64,000 bases of DNA. It comes from Planctomycetia bacterium. Its GTDB lineage: Bacteria; Planctomycetota; Phycisphaerae; UBA1845; UTPLA1. Positions within the stretch are counted from its first letter, which is position 1. Each line of letters starts with the position of its first letter. Below, one piece after another: positions 28,365-38,828 of the stretch. The translations under genes and the position numbers were made by a program. The notes beneath the pieces are model-generated. The model ran no database searches. It was not told where the DNA came from and saw only the letters and a list, made by a program, of their open reading frames with translations. The stretch lies in the NCBI GenBank assembly GCA_015200345.1, contig CP054187.1, positions 416,470 to 480,469 on the forward strand, in the 5' to 3' direction.

Positions 28365-30125
28365 ATGAGCCATCAGGACATGCTGGGTTCCCTTGCGCAC
28401 GCCACGGACGACACCGAGTTCTACACACCGATGCCGCCGGGCTACAAAGCCGGCAAAACCAAATACGTCGGCGTCTTCGGCACGGTCATGAGCGGACTGG
28501 GCAAAGGCATCTTCGCCAGCAGCCTCGCGAAAGTGCTCAAGGACAAGGGCCTGACGGTTGCGCCCATCAAACTCGAAGGATACCTGAATCTCGACTCCGG
28601 CACGCTGAACCCCTTTCGACACGGCGAGGTTTTCGTGCTGGACGACGGCATGGAATGCGACATGGACCTGGGGACCTACGAGCGCATGCTCGACCAGGAC
28701 ATGAGCCGGATGAACTTCTCCACCAGTGGGCAGATCTTCAGCGCCGTGCTGGAGAAAGAGCGACGTGGCGGGTATCTCGGCCGCGACGTGCAGATGATCC
28801 CGCATGTCACCGGCGAGGTGAAGAGCAAGCTGCGCCAGCTCGCGGTCACGTCCGACGCCGACGTGGTCTTCATTGAGATCGGCGGGACGGTCGGCGATGT
28901 GGAAAACGCCTACTTCATCGAGGCGCTGCGGCAACTTGCGTTTGAGGAAGGCCCGGGCAGCACCTGCTGGGTCGCGCTGACCTACGTGATCGAGCCGCCG
29001 GCGCTGGGCGAGCAGAAGTCCAAAGCCGCGCAACTCGGCATCAAGCAGCTCATGCAGGGCGGCATCCAACCGCACATCGTGGCCTGTCGCGCCAAGTCGC
29101 CGGTGACGCCGAAGGTGCGTGAGAAAATCGCCCTGTATTCCAGCGTGCGGGAGGATCGTGTTTTCTCCATGCACGACTGCGAATCAATTTATGTGATTCC
29201 CGAGATGGTGCGCGAGGCCGGGCTGGATCGGGCCGTCGTGGAGATTCTCGGCTTGCAGGATCGCATGCATCCCGAGCTGGAGGCCAAGGCCTGCGGCGTG
29301 TGGAGCGAGTTCCTGGGCGGCATCCGCCAGGCGACCGAGCGCGTCACGATCGGCATCGCCGGAAAATATACATCTGTAAGAGATAGCTACGCCTCGATCA
29401 TCAAGGCCCTGGAGCACTCCGGCGCCCGGTGCCGCACGGCCGTGGACATCCGCTGGATCGACACGTCCACCGTCAACGACAATTGTGTGGTGCAATCGCT
29501 TGACGGCCTGGACGGCATCATCGTGCCCGCGGGCTTCGGCGCGCGCGGCGCGGAGGGCAAGATCACCTGCATCCGACACGCGCGAACGACCGGCCTGCCC
29601 TATCTGGGAATCTGCCTCGGTTTTCAGATGGCGGTCATCGAGTTTGCGCGGAACGTCTGCGGGCTGGAAGGCGCGGATTCCACCGAGTTCGACCCTGACT
29701 GCCGGCATCCCATTATCAGCGTCCTGCCGGAGCAGAAGCAGATCGAAGGACTCGGCGGCAACATGCGACTGGGCGGGCAGGATGTGCTGCTGACGCCCGG
29801 CTCACTCGCGTCGCAGCTTTACAGCGGCGCGCGAGAAACGCGTCTGCGATTTCGCCATCGTTACGAAGTGGATCCGCGCTACATCGAGCAGTTGGAATCC
29901 GCCGGGCTGATCTTCAGCGGACGTGCCCCGCACCTGCCGATCATGCAAGTGCTCGAACTTCCGGCGACGACCCACCCCTACTTCATCGGAACGCAATCCC
30001 ATCCCGAACTAACGAGCCGACCGCTGCGACCTGATCCCTTTTTCCTCGGTCTTGTGCGCGCGGCGATCGCACGGCGGACTGGGCACCCGGCGCCAACGGA
30101 ATTCGCGACGGGCCGCGCAGGTTGA
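28365..30125 (+). CDS. pyrG: CTP synthase (divergent N-terminus)
   Basis: GLGKGIFASSLAKVL, HGEVFVLDDGMECDMDLGTYERM, IEIGGTVGDVEN, and a glutaminase domain with GICLGFQMAVIEFARNV and SHPE. The start is set at ATG 28365. Confidence 0.85.
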   Translation: MSHQDMLGSLAHATDDTEFYTPMPPGYKAGKTKYVGVFGTVMSGLGKGIFASSLAKVLKDKGLTVAPIKLEGYLNLDSGTLNPFRHGEVFVLDDGMECDMDLGTYERMLDQDMSRMNFSTSGQIFSAVLEKERRGGYLGRDVQMIPHVTGEVKSKLRQLAVTSDADVVFIEIGGTVGDVENAYFIEALRQLAFEEGPGSTCWVALTYVIEPPALGEQKSKAAQLGIKQLMQGGIQPHIVACRAKSPVTPKVREKIALYSSVREDRVFSMHDCESIYVIPEMVREAGLDRAVVEILGLQDRMHPELEAKACGVWSEFLGGIRQATERVTIGIAGKYTSVRDSYASIIKALEHSGARCRTAVDIRWIDTSTVNDNCVVQSLDGLDGIIVPAGFGARGAEGKITCIRHARTTGLPYLGICLGFQMAVIEFARNVCGLEGADSTEFDPDCRHPIISVLPEQKQIEGLGGNMRLGGQDVLLTPGSLASQLYSGARETRLRFRHRYEVDPRYIEQLESAGLIFSGRAPHLPIMQVLELPATTHPYFIGTQSHPELTSRPLRPDPFFLGLVRAAIARRTGHPAPTEFATGRAG

Positions 30126-30163
30126 ATCCCGCGGCGCAATCCAAACGTCTCAATTCGCTGACA

Positions 30164-31648
30164 TCAGGCCTGAATCTGCTTCGACGGGCTGCGCCGCACC
30201 TGGGAAGGCCGAATGGCTTTGATCTGATTCTTGCCCGCCGCCTTGGCCTTGTAGAGTGCTTCGTCGGCGAGGTGGACCAGTTCGATGCACGTCGCGGGCA
30301 AGTTGTTTTCACGGCTCGCCAGGCCGATCGACAGCGACACGAAATGCGCATCGGGCATCCGGCGGAGCAGCTCGCGTTTGAAACGCGTCAGAATCCGCTC
30401 GGCGCTGGCGGTCGCCTCGGCCGGCGTGGTGCGCGGGAAGAGCACGGCGAACTCATCGCCGCCGTAGCGCACCGGCACGTCGGCCTCGCGGATGCAGGCT
30501 AGCAACACTTCGGATGTAATCTGAAGGAGTTGGTCGCCCATGTGGTGACCGAGCGTGTCGTTGACCTGCTTGAAGTTGTCGAGGTCCAGCATCATGCAGG
30601 TGATTTCGGTGTTGTATCGCGCCGCCTCGGCGAAGAGTTGCGCCAGCACGTCGTTGAAGTGCCGGCGGTTGTAAAGCCCCGTGAGCGAATCGCGCGAGGC
30701 CATCTCCGCCAGCCGCATGTTCGCACGCTCCAGATCGAGCGTCCGCTCGCGCACACGATCCTCCAGCTCCGCATTCAGCTTGACCAGCTTCTCGTGAGAA
30801 CCATTCAACTGATCGGCCATGTCGTTGAACGCGCGCTTCAGATCGGCGATCTCGCCCCACTCATGCTTGCCCAACGGCACGCGCACGTCGCGCTGACCCG
30901 ATGCAAACGCCGACACGGCTTCCGCCAGCCGGTTGATCGGCGCGATCACCACGCGCACCGCCTGGAACCCGACGGGGACCATCAACAACGCAACAGCGAC
31001 GCACAGCCAGATGATGTCCTGACGCAGCCGAGCGAGTCGAGCAGTAGCCGATACCAGGCTGACGCCCAGCCTGACAAATCCGACGGTCGGCGCGGCCAAG
31101 CCGCTTGCTTCCGCCGAGGTAATCGTCACGGGGTAGATAACGTCGATCCGCGGGCCGAACTCGCCGTGATGAAGCAGCCGCGGCTGGTTGATGGGATCGA
31201 CGAGCACCCGATTGGTACCATCGACCAGTAAGCTGTTGATGTTGCCCGCGCCGCGCTGACAACTGGCGAGAATCTCGCCGCTGATGTCCGTGAAGACGAG
31301 ATAAGCCAGTTCGCCTTGTGAAACGCACGCCTGCGCCGTCCGGGTCAAGGTTGTCCGATCCTGGTTCGCCACCTCGCTGCTGCTGGAAAAGGCCACGGCG
31401 CGTGCGAGATCGGTGGTGTGCCGGCGCGATTCGCTTAAGATGAGCGATGAAGAAAAACGCGCATAGGTCCATCCGCACAATCCCGTGGCGACCACGACGA
31501 TGACGGCGAGCAGCGCGGTCGTTCGGAATTGAAGCCCGAACAGCCCACGACGCAGTTGAATGGCGGATTCTGCCACGGCAGCCTCCTGTGGGATCTTCGG
31601 TGACGAAGTCTCGCCCGCTGGGAGCAACGACTCCGATTCAATGTGCAA
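30164..31648 (-). CDS. Membrane sensor diguanylate cyclase (sensor domain-HAMP-GGDEF)
   Basis: Two TM helices, a HAMP-like linker (RVVIAPINRLAEAVSAFASGQRDVRV), a coiled coil, and GGDEF-domain blocks DSLTGLYNRRHF, LDLDNFKQVND, RYGGDEFAVLF. Confidence 0.85.
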   Translation of the reverse strand: MHIESESLLPAGETSSPKIPQEAAVAESAIQLRRGLFGLQFRTTALLAVIVVVATGLCGWTYARFSSSLILSESRRHTTDLARAVAFSSSSEVANQDRTTLTRTAQACVSQGELAYLVFTDISGEILASCQRGAGNINSLLVDGTNRVLVDPINQPRLLHHGEFGPRIDVIYPVTITSAEASGLAAPTVGFVRLGVSLVSATARLARLRQDIIWLCVAVALLMVPVGFQAVRVVIAPINRLAEAVSAFASGQRDVRVPLGKHEWGEIADLKRAFNDMADQLNGSHEKLVKLNAELEDRVRERTLDLERANMRLAEMASRDSLTGLYNRRHFNDVLAQLFAEAARYNTEITCMMLDLDNFKQVNDTLGHHMGDQLLQITSEVLLACIREADVPVRYGGDEFAVLFPRTTPAEATASAERILTRFKRELLRRMPDAHFVSLSIGLASRENNLPATCIELVHLADEALYKAKAAGKNQIKAIRPSQVRRSPSKQIQA

Positions 31649-31856
31649 TATCGAGTCGTCCGCGGCGAGACTTTGTCGTGAAATTCCCTCTTCGTCCGAA
31701 GCGTCCTAGAATGACTCGCCAGGGTTCCGCTTACATGAAGCAGGCGGCATTTGCCGACTTGCCCCGGCTGCGCAGACTCGGACTTGAAACGGTTCGAGTG
31801 CCAGCGATAATGTACGCATGCCGGGGGGCGCCGCAGGCAGACCACCGCGGCATGTT

Positions 31857-31931
31857 GGTGAGTGTAGCTCAGTTGGTTAGAGCACTAGGTTGTGGTCCTA
31901 GGGGTCGCGGGTTCGAATCCCGTCACTCACC
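31857..31931 (+). tRNA. tRNA-His (anticodon GUG)
   Basis: G-1 + GTGAGTGTAGCTCAGTTGGTTAGAGCACTAGGTTGTGGTCCTAGGGGTCGCGGGTTCGAATCCCGTCACTCAC + C. Anticodon loop is TTGTGGT. The extra 5' G is typical of tRNA-His. Confidence 0.9.
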
Positions 31932-32037
31932 CGTCAATGCTTGAAGCCGGCAGGCAGGGGTCGGCGAACCGGTTGATCAGCCAACCGATGCCGTCGTGCT
32001 GACATCGCGTCGATCCGCTGCCGGAGGGCGCTCACGG

Positions 32038-35000
32038 ATGGAGTATCGGTTCTCACTTGATCAGCCGGCGTTCCTGCTGCTGCTCCTTTCCCTGCTGACG
32101 ATTCCTTATTTCTCGTTCCGTTCGCTTGCCTCCCTCGGCCGCCTGCGGCGTGCGATGGTCTGGACGGCTCGCTGCCTGACACTGGGGCTTCTTATCTTCG
32201 CACTCGCGGGGATCGAATCGGTCCGGCGCGTGGATGATCAGACTGCTGTCTTCGTCCTTGACACGTCCAACAGTGTGCCGTCCAGGCTTCAGCAGGCTGC
32301 CTTTGATTTCCTCCAGCGCGCCGTCGGCGGCATGCGCCCGGGAAAAGACCGCGTCGCCGTTCTCGGCTTCGATGGACAGGTCTCCATCGAACAGCCCCCT
32401 CGATCCACTCTCGAGATCGATCGCGCCCCGGCCGCCGCAAAACCGGATCGAACCGATCTCGCCCGCGCGCTGCGCATGGCATCGGCCTTGATGCCCCCCG
32501 ACACGGCCAAGCGCGTCGTTATCCTATCGGACGGAAACGAGACAACGCCCGGCGGGATGTACGAAGCGCTAACGCTGAACGCCAACGGCGTGCCGGTCGA
32601 TGTGGTCCCCATTTTGCACGAGCGCCGGCGAGAGGTCGTGATGGATCGCATGGTCGCGCCGAATCGCGCCAGACAGAACGACACCGTCAGCATCAGCGTA
32701 TTGCTCCGCGCCGACGGACCCGTCACGGGTCGGCTCGCCCTTTCCTACAACGACCGATTCGTGGATCTTGACCCGCAGAGCGCAGGATTGGAAATGCCGG
32801 TCCGGCTCAAGGAAGGCCTCAATCGGTTTTCATTCCCCATTCCGCTGACGCGGCCCGGCGCGCACCGATTTCGCGCAACGTTCACGCCGGACGATCCGTC
32901 GATGGACGCCGTCGCCGAGAACAACATGGCGGACGCCTGCACCGTCGTTGCCGCGAAAGATCGCATCCTTTATGTCAAGGATGCATCCCTGAATCGCGCC
33001 GGGGAAGACGCGTCGGCCGAATTGCTCGTCGAAGCGCTTCGCCGCGAACAACTGGAATGCGATGTCCTGGAAATCGGCGACGCCGTGCTTGATCTGCCCA
33101 CGTTGATGAACTACTCGCTCATCATCCTCCAGAATATCTCGGCCAGTTACTTGTCATCCGATGCACAGGCCTCGATCGTGGCCTACGTGCAGGACGCGGG
33201 CGGCGGCCTCATCGTGATCGGCGGGGATCAATCCTTCACCGTCGGCGGTTATGAAAACACACTGCTCGAGCGGATTCTCCCCGTTGAAACCAGCCGGCAG
33301 AAGCTTCAACTCATGAGCACGGCGCTGGTGCTCGTGATTGACCGCTCCGGCTCAATGCAGGGACAGAAGCTCGCCCTCGCGCAGAAGTCTGCCATCGCGT
33401 CCATGGAGCTGCTAAGCTCGCTCGATTGGATCGGCGTCCTCTCCTTCGACTTCGTGGCGACGTGGGATGTCCCGATGACGAAGTGCAGTCATCGCGCTGA
33501 CATTCGCCGTCGAATTGGTTCGATCGCCGTCGGCGGAGGCACCGATCTGTATCCGGCCCTTAAGCAGGCTCACGCCGCCCTCAAGGGAATCGACGCCGGC
33601 GTGCGGCACATCATCGCCCTCACCGATGGCCAGTCCGTCCCCGGCGATTTCGACAATGCAGCCAACGCCATCCGCCGCGATGGGATCACCATTTCGACCG
33701 TCGCCGTCGGCGACGATGCCGATCGCGCTTTGCTGGCGCGAATCGCGAAGATCGGCGGAGGCCGGACCTATCTCGCGGACACGCCCGATGCTGTTCCGCG
33801 AATTTTTGTCCGAGAGACCATGCTGGCCGGCCGATCGGGTATTTATCAGAAGTCCTTCTCGCCCCAATTGACGCCGACGCTCAATGACGAAATCACCCGC
33901 GGGCTTTCTGGACCGTCGCTCCCACGTCTGGGCGCATACGTCATCACCGCGCTGAAGCGCGATGCGCACGCGCCCATCGTCAATCCCACGACTGAAAACT
34001 CCGACCCGATTCTCGCCTATTGGCAGGTGGGGCTTGGTCGCGTGCTCGCGTTCACCAGTGGAATGTGGCCGCAATGGGGGCCCGAATGGCCGAACTGGAC
34101 CGGCTTTGGAAAGCTCTGGAGCCAGGCGGCGCGTTGGACCGCGCGGCGAGAAACCGCCGCGGACATGGAATTGTCTACAACCGTCGAAGGTGAGTCCTTT
34201 GTCCTGCGGGTGGATATGGGCAGCGATGCGCCGGGGAAGAGCCTGCAAAACCAGATCGTCGGGCGCGTGATCGACCCCGCCTACCAGGGTGCGCCGATTC
34301 GGCTCGACCAAACCGGCGCCGGCCAGTACGTCGCACGGATTCCCATTTCGCAGGCAGGGAACTACGTCGTTCGCCTGGTTGGCCAAAGCGGGTCCGCTGA
34401 CACGGTGACACCGCAAGAGGCCGTAGCCGTCCTGAATGCCCCCTATTCCCCCGAGTTCCGCGAACTGCGTTCCAACGAGCAATTGCTGAAAGAGATCGCC
34501 CATGCAACCGGGGGGCGCGTCCTCACCCACGAGAAGCCCGATGCCGTCTTCGATGCAGCGAGCATCCGACGTCTGAACGTCCATCGCCCTCTGCGCAACG
34601 CGTTTCTCATCTTTGCGATTGCGGTCTTTCTGATCGATGTCGCAGTCCGACGTCTAGCCATTACACCCCAGGATGCCGCAGCGTACATGCGACGCTTTGT
34701 CGCGTCCCTGACCCCCGGCGGACACACGGCGAAAGTTGAAACGGTCCTTTCCAACTTAAAGAACGTCCGCACGCGTTCCCGCAACAGCCTCGCACGGGAG
34801 AGCGAGCTCCCAACCGCGAGCGATTCGGCGCCGCCGCGGCCGAGCTTCACTGTCTCGCCAAACCGACCCAATCCGAGTGCGGGACAAGCCGCTCCGCCAT
34901 CAGCAAGCACAAACATTGCCGAAACGCTGACGGGCAAAACGGCCGACGCGAACAGCGTCCCGAAACCGAGCAGCGGTCCCGCCGCCGATTCACCCTCCGA

Positions 35001-35055
35001 ATCAACGACGGCCCGTTTACTCAAGTCCCGTCGCCAACGGCAAGACCCCTTGTGA
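32038..35055 (+). CDS. Large BatA-N-terminal / double von Willebrand factor A domain membrane protein
   Basis: MEYRFSLDQPAFLLLLLSLLTIPYF is a BatA-type N-terminus. There are two vWA MIDAS-like blocks (VFVLDTSNSV; LVLVIDRSGSM...GGTDL) and a C-terminal TM helix (AFLIFAIAVFLIDVAV) with a Pro/Ser-rich tail. Confidence 0.75.
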   Translation: MEYRFSLDQPAFLLLLLSLLTIPYFSFRSLASLGRLRRAMVWTARCLTLGLLIFALAGIESVRRVDDQTAVFVLDTSNSVPSRLQQAAFDFLQRAVGGMRPGKDRVAVLGFDGQVSIEQPPRSTLEIDRAPAAAKPDRTDLARALRMASALMPPDTAKRVVILSDGNETTPGGMYEALTLNANGVPVDVVPILHERRREVVMDRMVAPNRARQNDTVSISVLLRADGPVTGRLALSYNDRFVDLDPQSAGLEMPVRLKEGLNRFSFPIPLTRPGAHRFRATFTPDDPSMDAVAENNMADACTVVAAKDRILYVKDASLNRAGEDASAELLVEALRREQLECDVLEIGDAVLDLPTLMNYSLIILQNISASYLSSDAQASIVAYVQDAGGGLIVIGGDQSFTVGGYENTLLERILPVETSRQKLQLMSTALVLVIDRSGSMQGQKLALAQKSAIASMELLSSLDWIGVLSFDFVATWDVPMTKCSHRADIRRRIGSIAVGGGTDLYPALKQAHAALKGIDAGVRHIIALTDGQSVPGDFDNAANAIRRDGITISTVAVGDDADRALLARIAKIGGGRTYLADTPDAVPRIFVRETMLAGRSGIYQKSFSPQLTPTLNDEITRGLSGPSLPRLGAYVITALKRDAHAPIVNPTTENSDPILAYWQVGLGRVLAFTSGMWPQWGPEWPNWTGFGKLWSQAARWTARRETAADMELSTTVEGESFVLRVDMGSDAPGKSLQNQIVGRVIDPAYQGAPIRLDQTGAGQYVARIPISQAGNYVVRLVGQSGSADTVTPQEAVAVLNAPYSPEFRELRSNEQLLKEIAHATGGRVLTHEKPDAVFDAASIRRLNVHRPLRNAFLIFAIAVFLIDVAVRRLAITPQDAAAYMRRFVASLTPGGHTAKVETVLSNLKNVRTRSRNSLARESELPTASDSAPPRPSFTVSPNRPNPSAGQAAPPSASTNIAETLTGKTADANSVPKPSSGPAADSPSESTTARLLKSRRQRQDPL

Positions 35056-35085
35056 CGCCGCTTTAAAACCGAGCCGATTTTGCGA

Positions 35086-36036
35086 TCAAGCTTGCCGTCT
35101 CCGGGCCGCAAGCGTGCCAAGTTGTCCGCAGGCTGCCATCGCCGCTCGGCCTTTCGTATTCCGGCGGAAGGCAAGCTGGCCCGCGTTCATCAGGACCTGC
35201 TGAAACGCGACAACCGTCTCCTCATCGGGCACGTCGTAGGGCGAGTTCTGGCGCGGGTTGTACGGAATCAGATTCACGCACGTCGGCAGGCCGCGCAGAT
35301 ACGCCGCCAGCTCGCGCGCATGCTCCGATGCGTCGTTCAACCCGCGGATCAGCACGTACTCAATCAACACGTGGCCGCCCGCGCGGACGGGATACTCCGC
35401 GATCGCCCGACGCAATTCCGCCATCGGCTCCACGCGATTGATCGGCATGATCTGCGAACGAATCGTGTCGTTCGGCGCGTTCAGCGACACCGCCAGATTC
35501 AGCCGCCGCCACCGCAGTGCCGCAAGCCGCCGAATCCCGTCGCACCGCCCCACCGTCGAAACGGTGATTCGTCGCCGAGGAATCTGCCGCGCTGGATCAT
35601 GGTGCAGCCGCGTGATCGACTCGATCACCGCGTCGAGATTGTCCATCGGCTCGCCCATACCCATGAACACGACGTTTCGGACGGTCGCGCCCAGCACGCC
35701 GCGCGCCGCCTCCACCTGCCCGACGATCTCATCCGCCGTCAGATTGCGGATCAAACCCATTTGCGCCGTCTGGCAGAACGTGCAGCCTCGCTTGCAGCCG
35801 ATCTGCGACGAGACGCAGAGCGTGTGCCAGGTGTTTTCGCGCGCGCCCATCGGAATCAACACGGATTCGATTTCGTAGCCGTCGGGCGTGACCTGACAAA
35901 ATTTGGTCACGTCACCATCGCGCACCACGCGCGCGATCGGAAAAGGCTCGGCGACCCGCGCCTCGTGCGCCGATCCGCAATTCACACCTGCGGTACGAGT
36001 TGTCGCGACGATCGGGATGGACGTGTCCGGTGACAT
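35086..36036 (-). CDS. rlmN: Radical-SAM 23S rRNA/tRNA adenine-C2 methyltransferase RlmN-like
   Basis: CVSSQIGCKRGCTFCQT (CxxxCxxC), VVFMGMGEP, ITVSTVG, LAVSLNAP, YVLIRGLNDS-like block, NLIPYNP, and the C-terminal catalytic ACGQL. Confidence 0.8.
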   Translation of the reverse strand: MSPDTSIPIVATTRTAGVNCGSAHEARVAEPFPIARVVRDGDVTKFCQVTPDGYEIESVLIPMGARENTWHTLCVSSQIGCKRGCTFCQTAQMGLIRNLTADEIVGQVEAARGVLGATVRNVVFMGMGEPMDNLDAVIESITRLHHDPARQIPRRRITVSTVGRCDGIRRLAALRWRRLNLAVSLNAPNDTIRSQIMPINRVEPMAELRRAIAEYPVRAGGHVLIEYVLIRGLNDASEHARELAAYLRGLPTCVNLIPYNPRQNSPYDVPDEETVVAFQQVLMNAGQLAFRRNTKGRAAMAACGQLGTLAARRRQA

Positions 36037-36161
36037 GTCCCGCCATCTTAATCGGACCCTCGCGGATACGCCCCCAACCGCCTCACCGCCTTGACCGGCC
36101 GGCCTTTCCGGGCTACAAACAGGGGTCCGGCGCGAGGTGTTTCACACACCCGCCGGCCATC

Positions 36162-36235
36162 GGCCGCGTACCCAAGTGGTTCAAGGGGACGGATTGCAAA
36201 TCCGTTATTCGTCGGTTCGAATCCGACCGCGGCCT
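36162..36235 (+). tRNA. tRNA-Cys (anticodon GCA)
   Basis: GGCCGCGTACCCAAGTGGTTCAAGGGGACGGATTGCAAATCCGTTATTCGTCGGTTCGAATCCGACCGCGGCCT. Anticodon loop is TTGCAAA and the discriminator base is U. Confidence 0.9.
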
Positions 36236-36571
36236 GTCAATTCTCCTGCAACCAGGCGCGCCACGGCGAGCCGATCATCTTCCAGGCCGCTCTCGCGGGA
36301 ATCTCAAGCACGCATTTGAGCAATTGCACGGCAACCCAAGCCGTGAAAGCCGAAAAAGTTGTTTATGCGTCGCTGCCAGGGGCTTGGGTTTTTGCTAGGT
36401 AGCGCCGCGATCTTCCCCGCACGTTGCGGCGCGGCAGCAACCAAGTCGCGGATAAATCACCGTCCGAAGATTCCAATTGAACGACAAGCCGCGAGTCGCC
36501 CATGTTTCCGATATCAGGAAACTTGCCCCACCGGCTTGTTCAATTAAACTGCGCGCGATCAGGAATTCAAC

Positions 36572-37225
36572 GTGTCCCTCGTCCCCAATCGCTACCTGTT
36601 CAAGTTCGAGTTCCCGTTGGTCCGCAGCAGCAAGCCGCCGAAGATCGACGGCCGGGCCGATCGATGGGACCAGCGCCTGCTCCTGCCGCCGTTGTACGAG
36701 CTGGACGGCGAACCTCCCACGGGGGACGTGCTGGCGACGTGGAACGACGCCGGGCTGTATCTTGGCTGCGTCGTCCGTGGCAAGCGGCGTGCGTTGCGAT
36801 GCAACCCTGCTCAATTCTGGAAATCCGACTGCCTGCGCGTCATGACGGACCTGCGCGACACGCGTGATATCCGCCGCGCGACACGGTTCTGTCAGCATTT
36901 CTACCTGCTGCCCGCCGGCGGCGGGCGCGGTGGGAACGACCCCGTCGCGGGAAACGCCAAAGTCCATCGCGCCATCGAGAACGCGACTCCGGTTCCGGCA
37001 AACAGCATCCCCATCGCCGCGCATCACTTCGACGACGGCTACGCCCTGACCGCGCATCTGCCGGCCGACGCCTTGAGCGGCTGGAACCCGGCCGAGCACC
37101 GGCGCATCGGGCTGTATTACATGCTGGAAGATACCGAGAAAGGGCAGCAGTCGCTGACGGTCGGTGATGAGTTGAACTGGTTCATCGATCCGAGCACCTG
37201 GCCCACCGCCGTGCTGACGGATTGA
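36572..37225 (+). CDS. Hypothetical protein (possibly CBM9/DOMON-like fold)
   Basis: 217-aa ORF with good coding appearance (KIDGRADRWDQRLLLPPLYELDG...ATWNDAGLYLGCVV...FYLLP). The family assignment is only an impression. Confidence 0.45.
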   Translation: MSLVPNRYLFKFEFPLVRSSKPPKIDGRADRWDQRLLLPPLYELDGEPPTGDVLATWNDAGLYLGCVVRGKRRALRCNPAQFWKSDCLRVMTDLRDTRDIRRATRFCQHFYLLPAGGGRGGNDPVAGNAKVHRAIENATPVPANSIPIAAHHFDDGYALTAHLPADALSGWNPAEHRRIGLYYMLEDTEKGQQSLTVGDELNWFIDPSTWPTAVLTD

Positions 37226-37229
37226 TCCG

Positions 37230-38282
37230 TTACACGTTGTCGTAGTCGGATTCGAGCGCGCCCTTCAGATCGCCGAGGTTCTCCAGAAAAATGTACGTCC
37301 CGCGCGCGACGCACGAGAGCGGATCGTCCACGATGTGAACCTGCAAACCGGTCGCGTCGGCCATGATCCGGTCCAGCCCGCGAAGCAACGCGCCGCCTCC
37401 ACACAGATGCACGCCTGTATCAACCAGATCCGCCGCCAGTTCCGGCTCGCAGCGCTCCAGCGTGTGCGTCACGGCTTCGAGAATCTGGCTGACCGGCTCA
37501 CGCAGCGCCTCGCGAATCTCCTGGCTGGTGACCACCGTCTTGCGCGGCAGGCCGCTGATCATATCACGTCCGCGCACGTCCATTGACAATTCGTTCTCCA
37601 GCGGTGCGGCCGATCCGATCTCGATTTTCAGCGTCTCGGCCGACTGCGGTCCGATCTGCATGTTGTACGTGCGCTTCATGTAGGAGATGATTGCTTCGTC
37701 GAGATCGTCCCCCGCGACGCGGATCGACTCGCTGACGGAGATATCGCCCAACGACATGATCGCCACTTCCGTCGTGCCGCCGCCGATGTCCACGATCATG
37801 CTGGCCCGTGCCTCGGCGATCGGCAGACCGGCGCCGATTCCCGCGGCCATCGGCTCGGGAACGAGGTACACACGCCGCGCTCCGGCGCGCTCGGCCGAGC
37901 CGTACACCGCGCGCTTTTCAACGGCTGTGATCCCCGATGGCACGGCGATGACAACGCGCGGCCGACGAAACCAGCTGTTGCCGTGGACTTTGCGAATGAA
38001 ATAACCGAGCATCGCTTCGGTGATATCGAAATCCGCGATCACGCCGTCTTTAAGCGGACGCACCGCAGTGATGGAACCGGGGGTCTTCCCGAGCATTTCC
38101 TTGGCCACAAGACCGACGGCGTTGCCATCCTGCACAACTTCGTTCGTGCCCTTGCGCACCGCGACAACCGACGGCTCGTTGAGCACGATGCCCTCGCCTT
38201 TCACGCACACCAGCGTATTGCAGGTGCCCAGGTCGATTCCCATGTCGGTGCTGAACAATCCTCGGAAGCCGTCGAATAACAA
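37230..38282 (-). CDS. mreB: Rod-shape-determining actin homologue MreB
   Basis: DMGIDLGTCNTLV, EPSVVA, AVGLVAKEMLGKTP, PLKDGVIADF, VIAVPSGIT..EKRAV, DIGGGTTEVA and GGGALLRGLD are canonical MreB blocks. Confidence 0.95.
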   Translation of the reverse strand: MLFDGFRGLFSTDMGIDLGTCNTLVCVKGEGIVLNEPSVVAVRKGTNEVVQDGNAVGLVAKEMLGKTPGSITAVRPLKDGVIADFDITEAMLGYFIRKVHGNSWFRRPRVVIAVPSGITAVEKRAVYGSAERAGARRVYLVPEPMAAGIGAGLPIAEARASMIVDIGGGTTEVAIMSLGDISVSESIRVAGDDLDEAIISYMKRTYNMQIGPQSAETLKIEIGSAAPLENELSMDVRGRDMISGLPRKTVVTSQEIREALREPVSQILEAVTHTLERCEPELAADLVDTGVHLCGGGALLRGLDRIMADATGLQVHIVDDPLSCVARGTYIFLENLGDLKGALESDYDNV

Positions 38283-38642
38283 GGTCGAAATCCCTTCCTG
38301 TGAATAGACGCCCGTCGGATGATGCTCCGGCCGGCAAGGCGACGAGGCGCCGCCATGGGCTGAGCCATTCTACCCGCTTGGGACCAGTACGCCACCTGCT
38401 CGCAGTTGGATCGTGGTGAGACGAAGATTGGCAGCTGTGAATTCTCACTAAGCAGCCGCAGAATGATCCATATGCAGTGGCACCCGCCTCGGCGGGTGAA
38501 TCACAGGCGAGACGCCGGTGCCACAGATGAATGCTCATTGCGGTTCCACTTAGAAGAAAAAAAGCGGCCCGCGAACCAAAGTCCGCAGGCCGATCGATTC
38601 AACCGAGTTTCGCGGCAATTGGCAGAGCGGTGTTCCCGTCGG

Positions 38643-38792
38643 TCAGAAGATGAACCCCGGCGCGACGGTACCCAGCACTTCGTGGGATCGAATCATCACG
38701 TAGGCAATCGCCCCCAGAACCAGCGCCAAGGCAATTCCGGTCAGAATCGTGTAGATGTCGTTGTCCGCGTCTGGTACCGCACTTTTTGCCAT
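38643..38792 (-). CDS. 49-aa single-TM micro-protein (hypothetical)
   Basis: Not in the ORF track. GGGAG lies 8 nt upstream of ATG 38792. Product MAKSAVPDADNDIYTILTGIALALVLGAIAYVMIRSHEVLGTVAPGFIF. It sits between the coiled-coil gene and mreB on the same strand. It is preferred over the Arg-rich 77-aa ORF 38599..38832 in another frame. Confidence 0.4.
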   Translation of the reverse strand: MAKSAVPDADNDIYTILTGIALALVLGAIAYVMIRSHEVLGTVAPGFIF

Positions 38793-38828
38793 GATTCTGC
38801 TCCCGGTCGGAGATCCTCCGTCGTGAAT

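Noticed and set aside
35080-36033. 317-aa ORF on the plus strand
   Set aside because: It is antisense to rlmN, which carries the radical-SAM CxxxCxxC motif and other family blocks.
36333-36393. 10-bp stem AACCCAAGCC/GGCTTGGGTT followed by TTT, downstream of tRNA-Cys
   Set aside because: The 38-nt loop is too large for a classical intrinsic terminator. It could be coincidental, so it is left unannotated.
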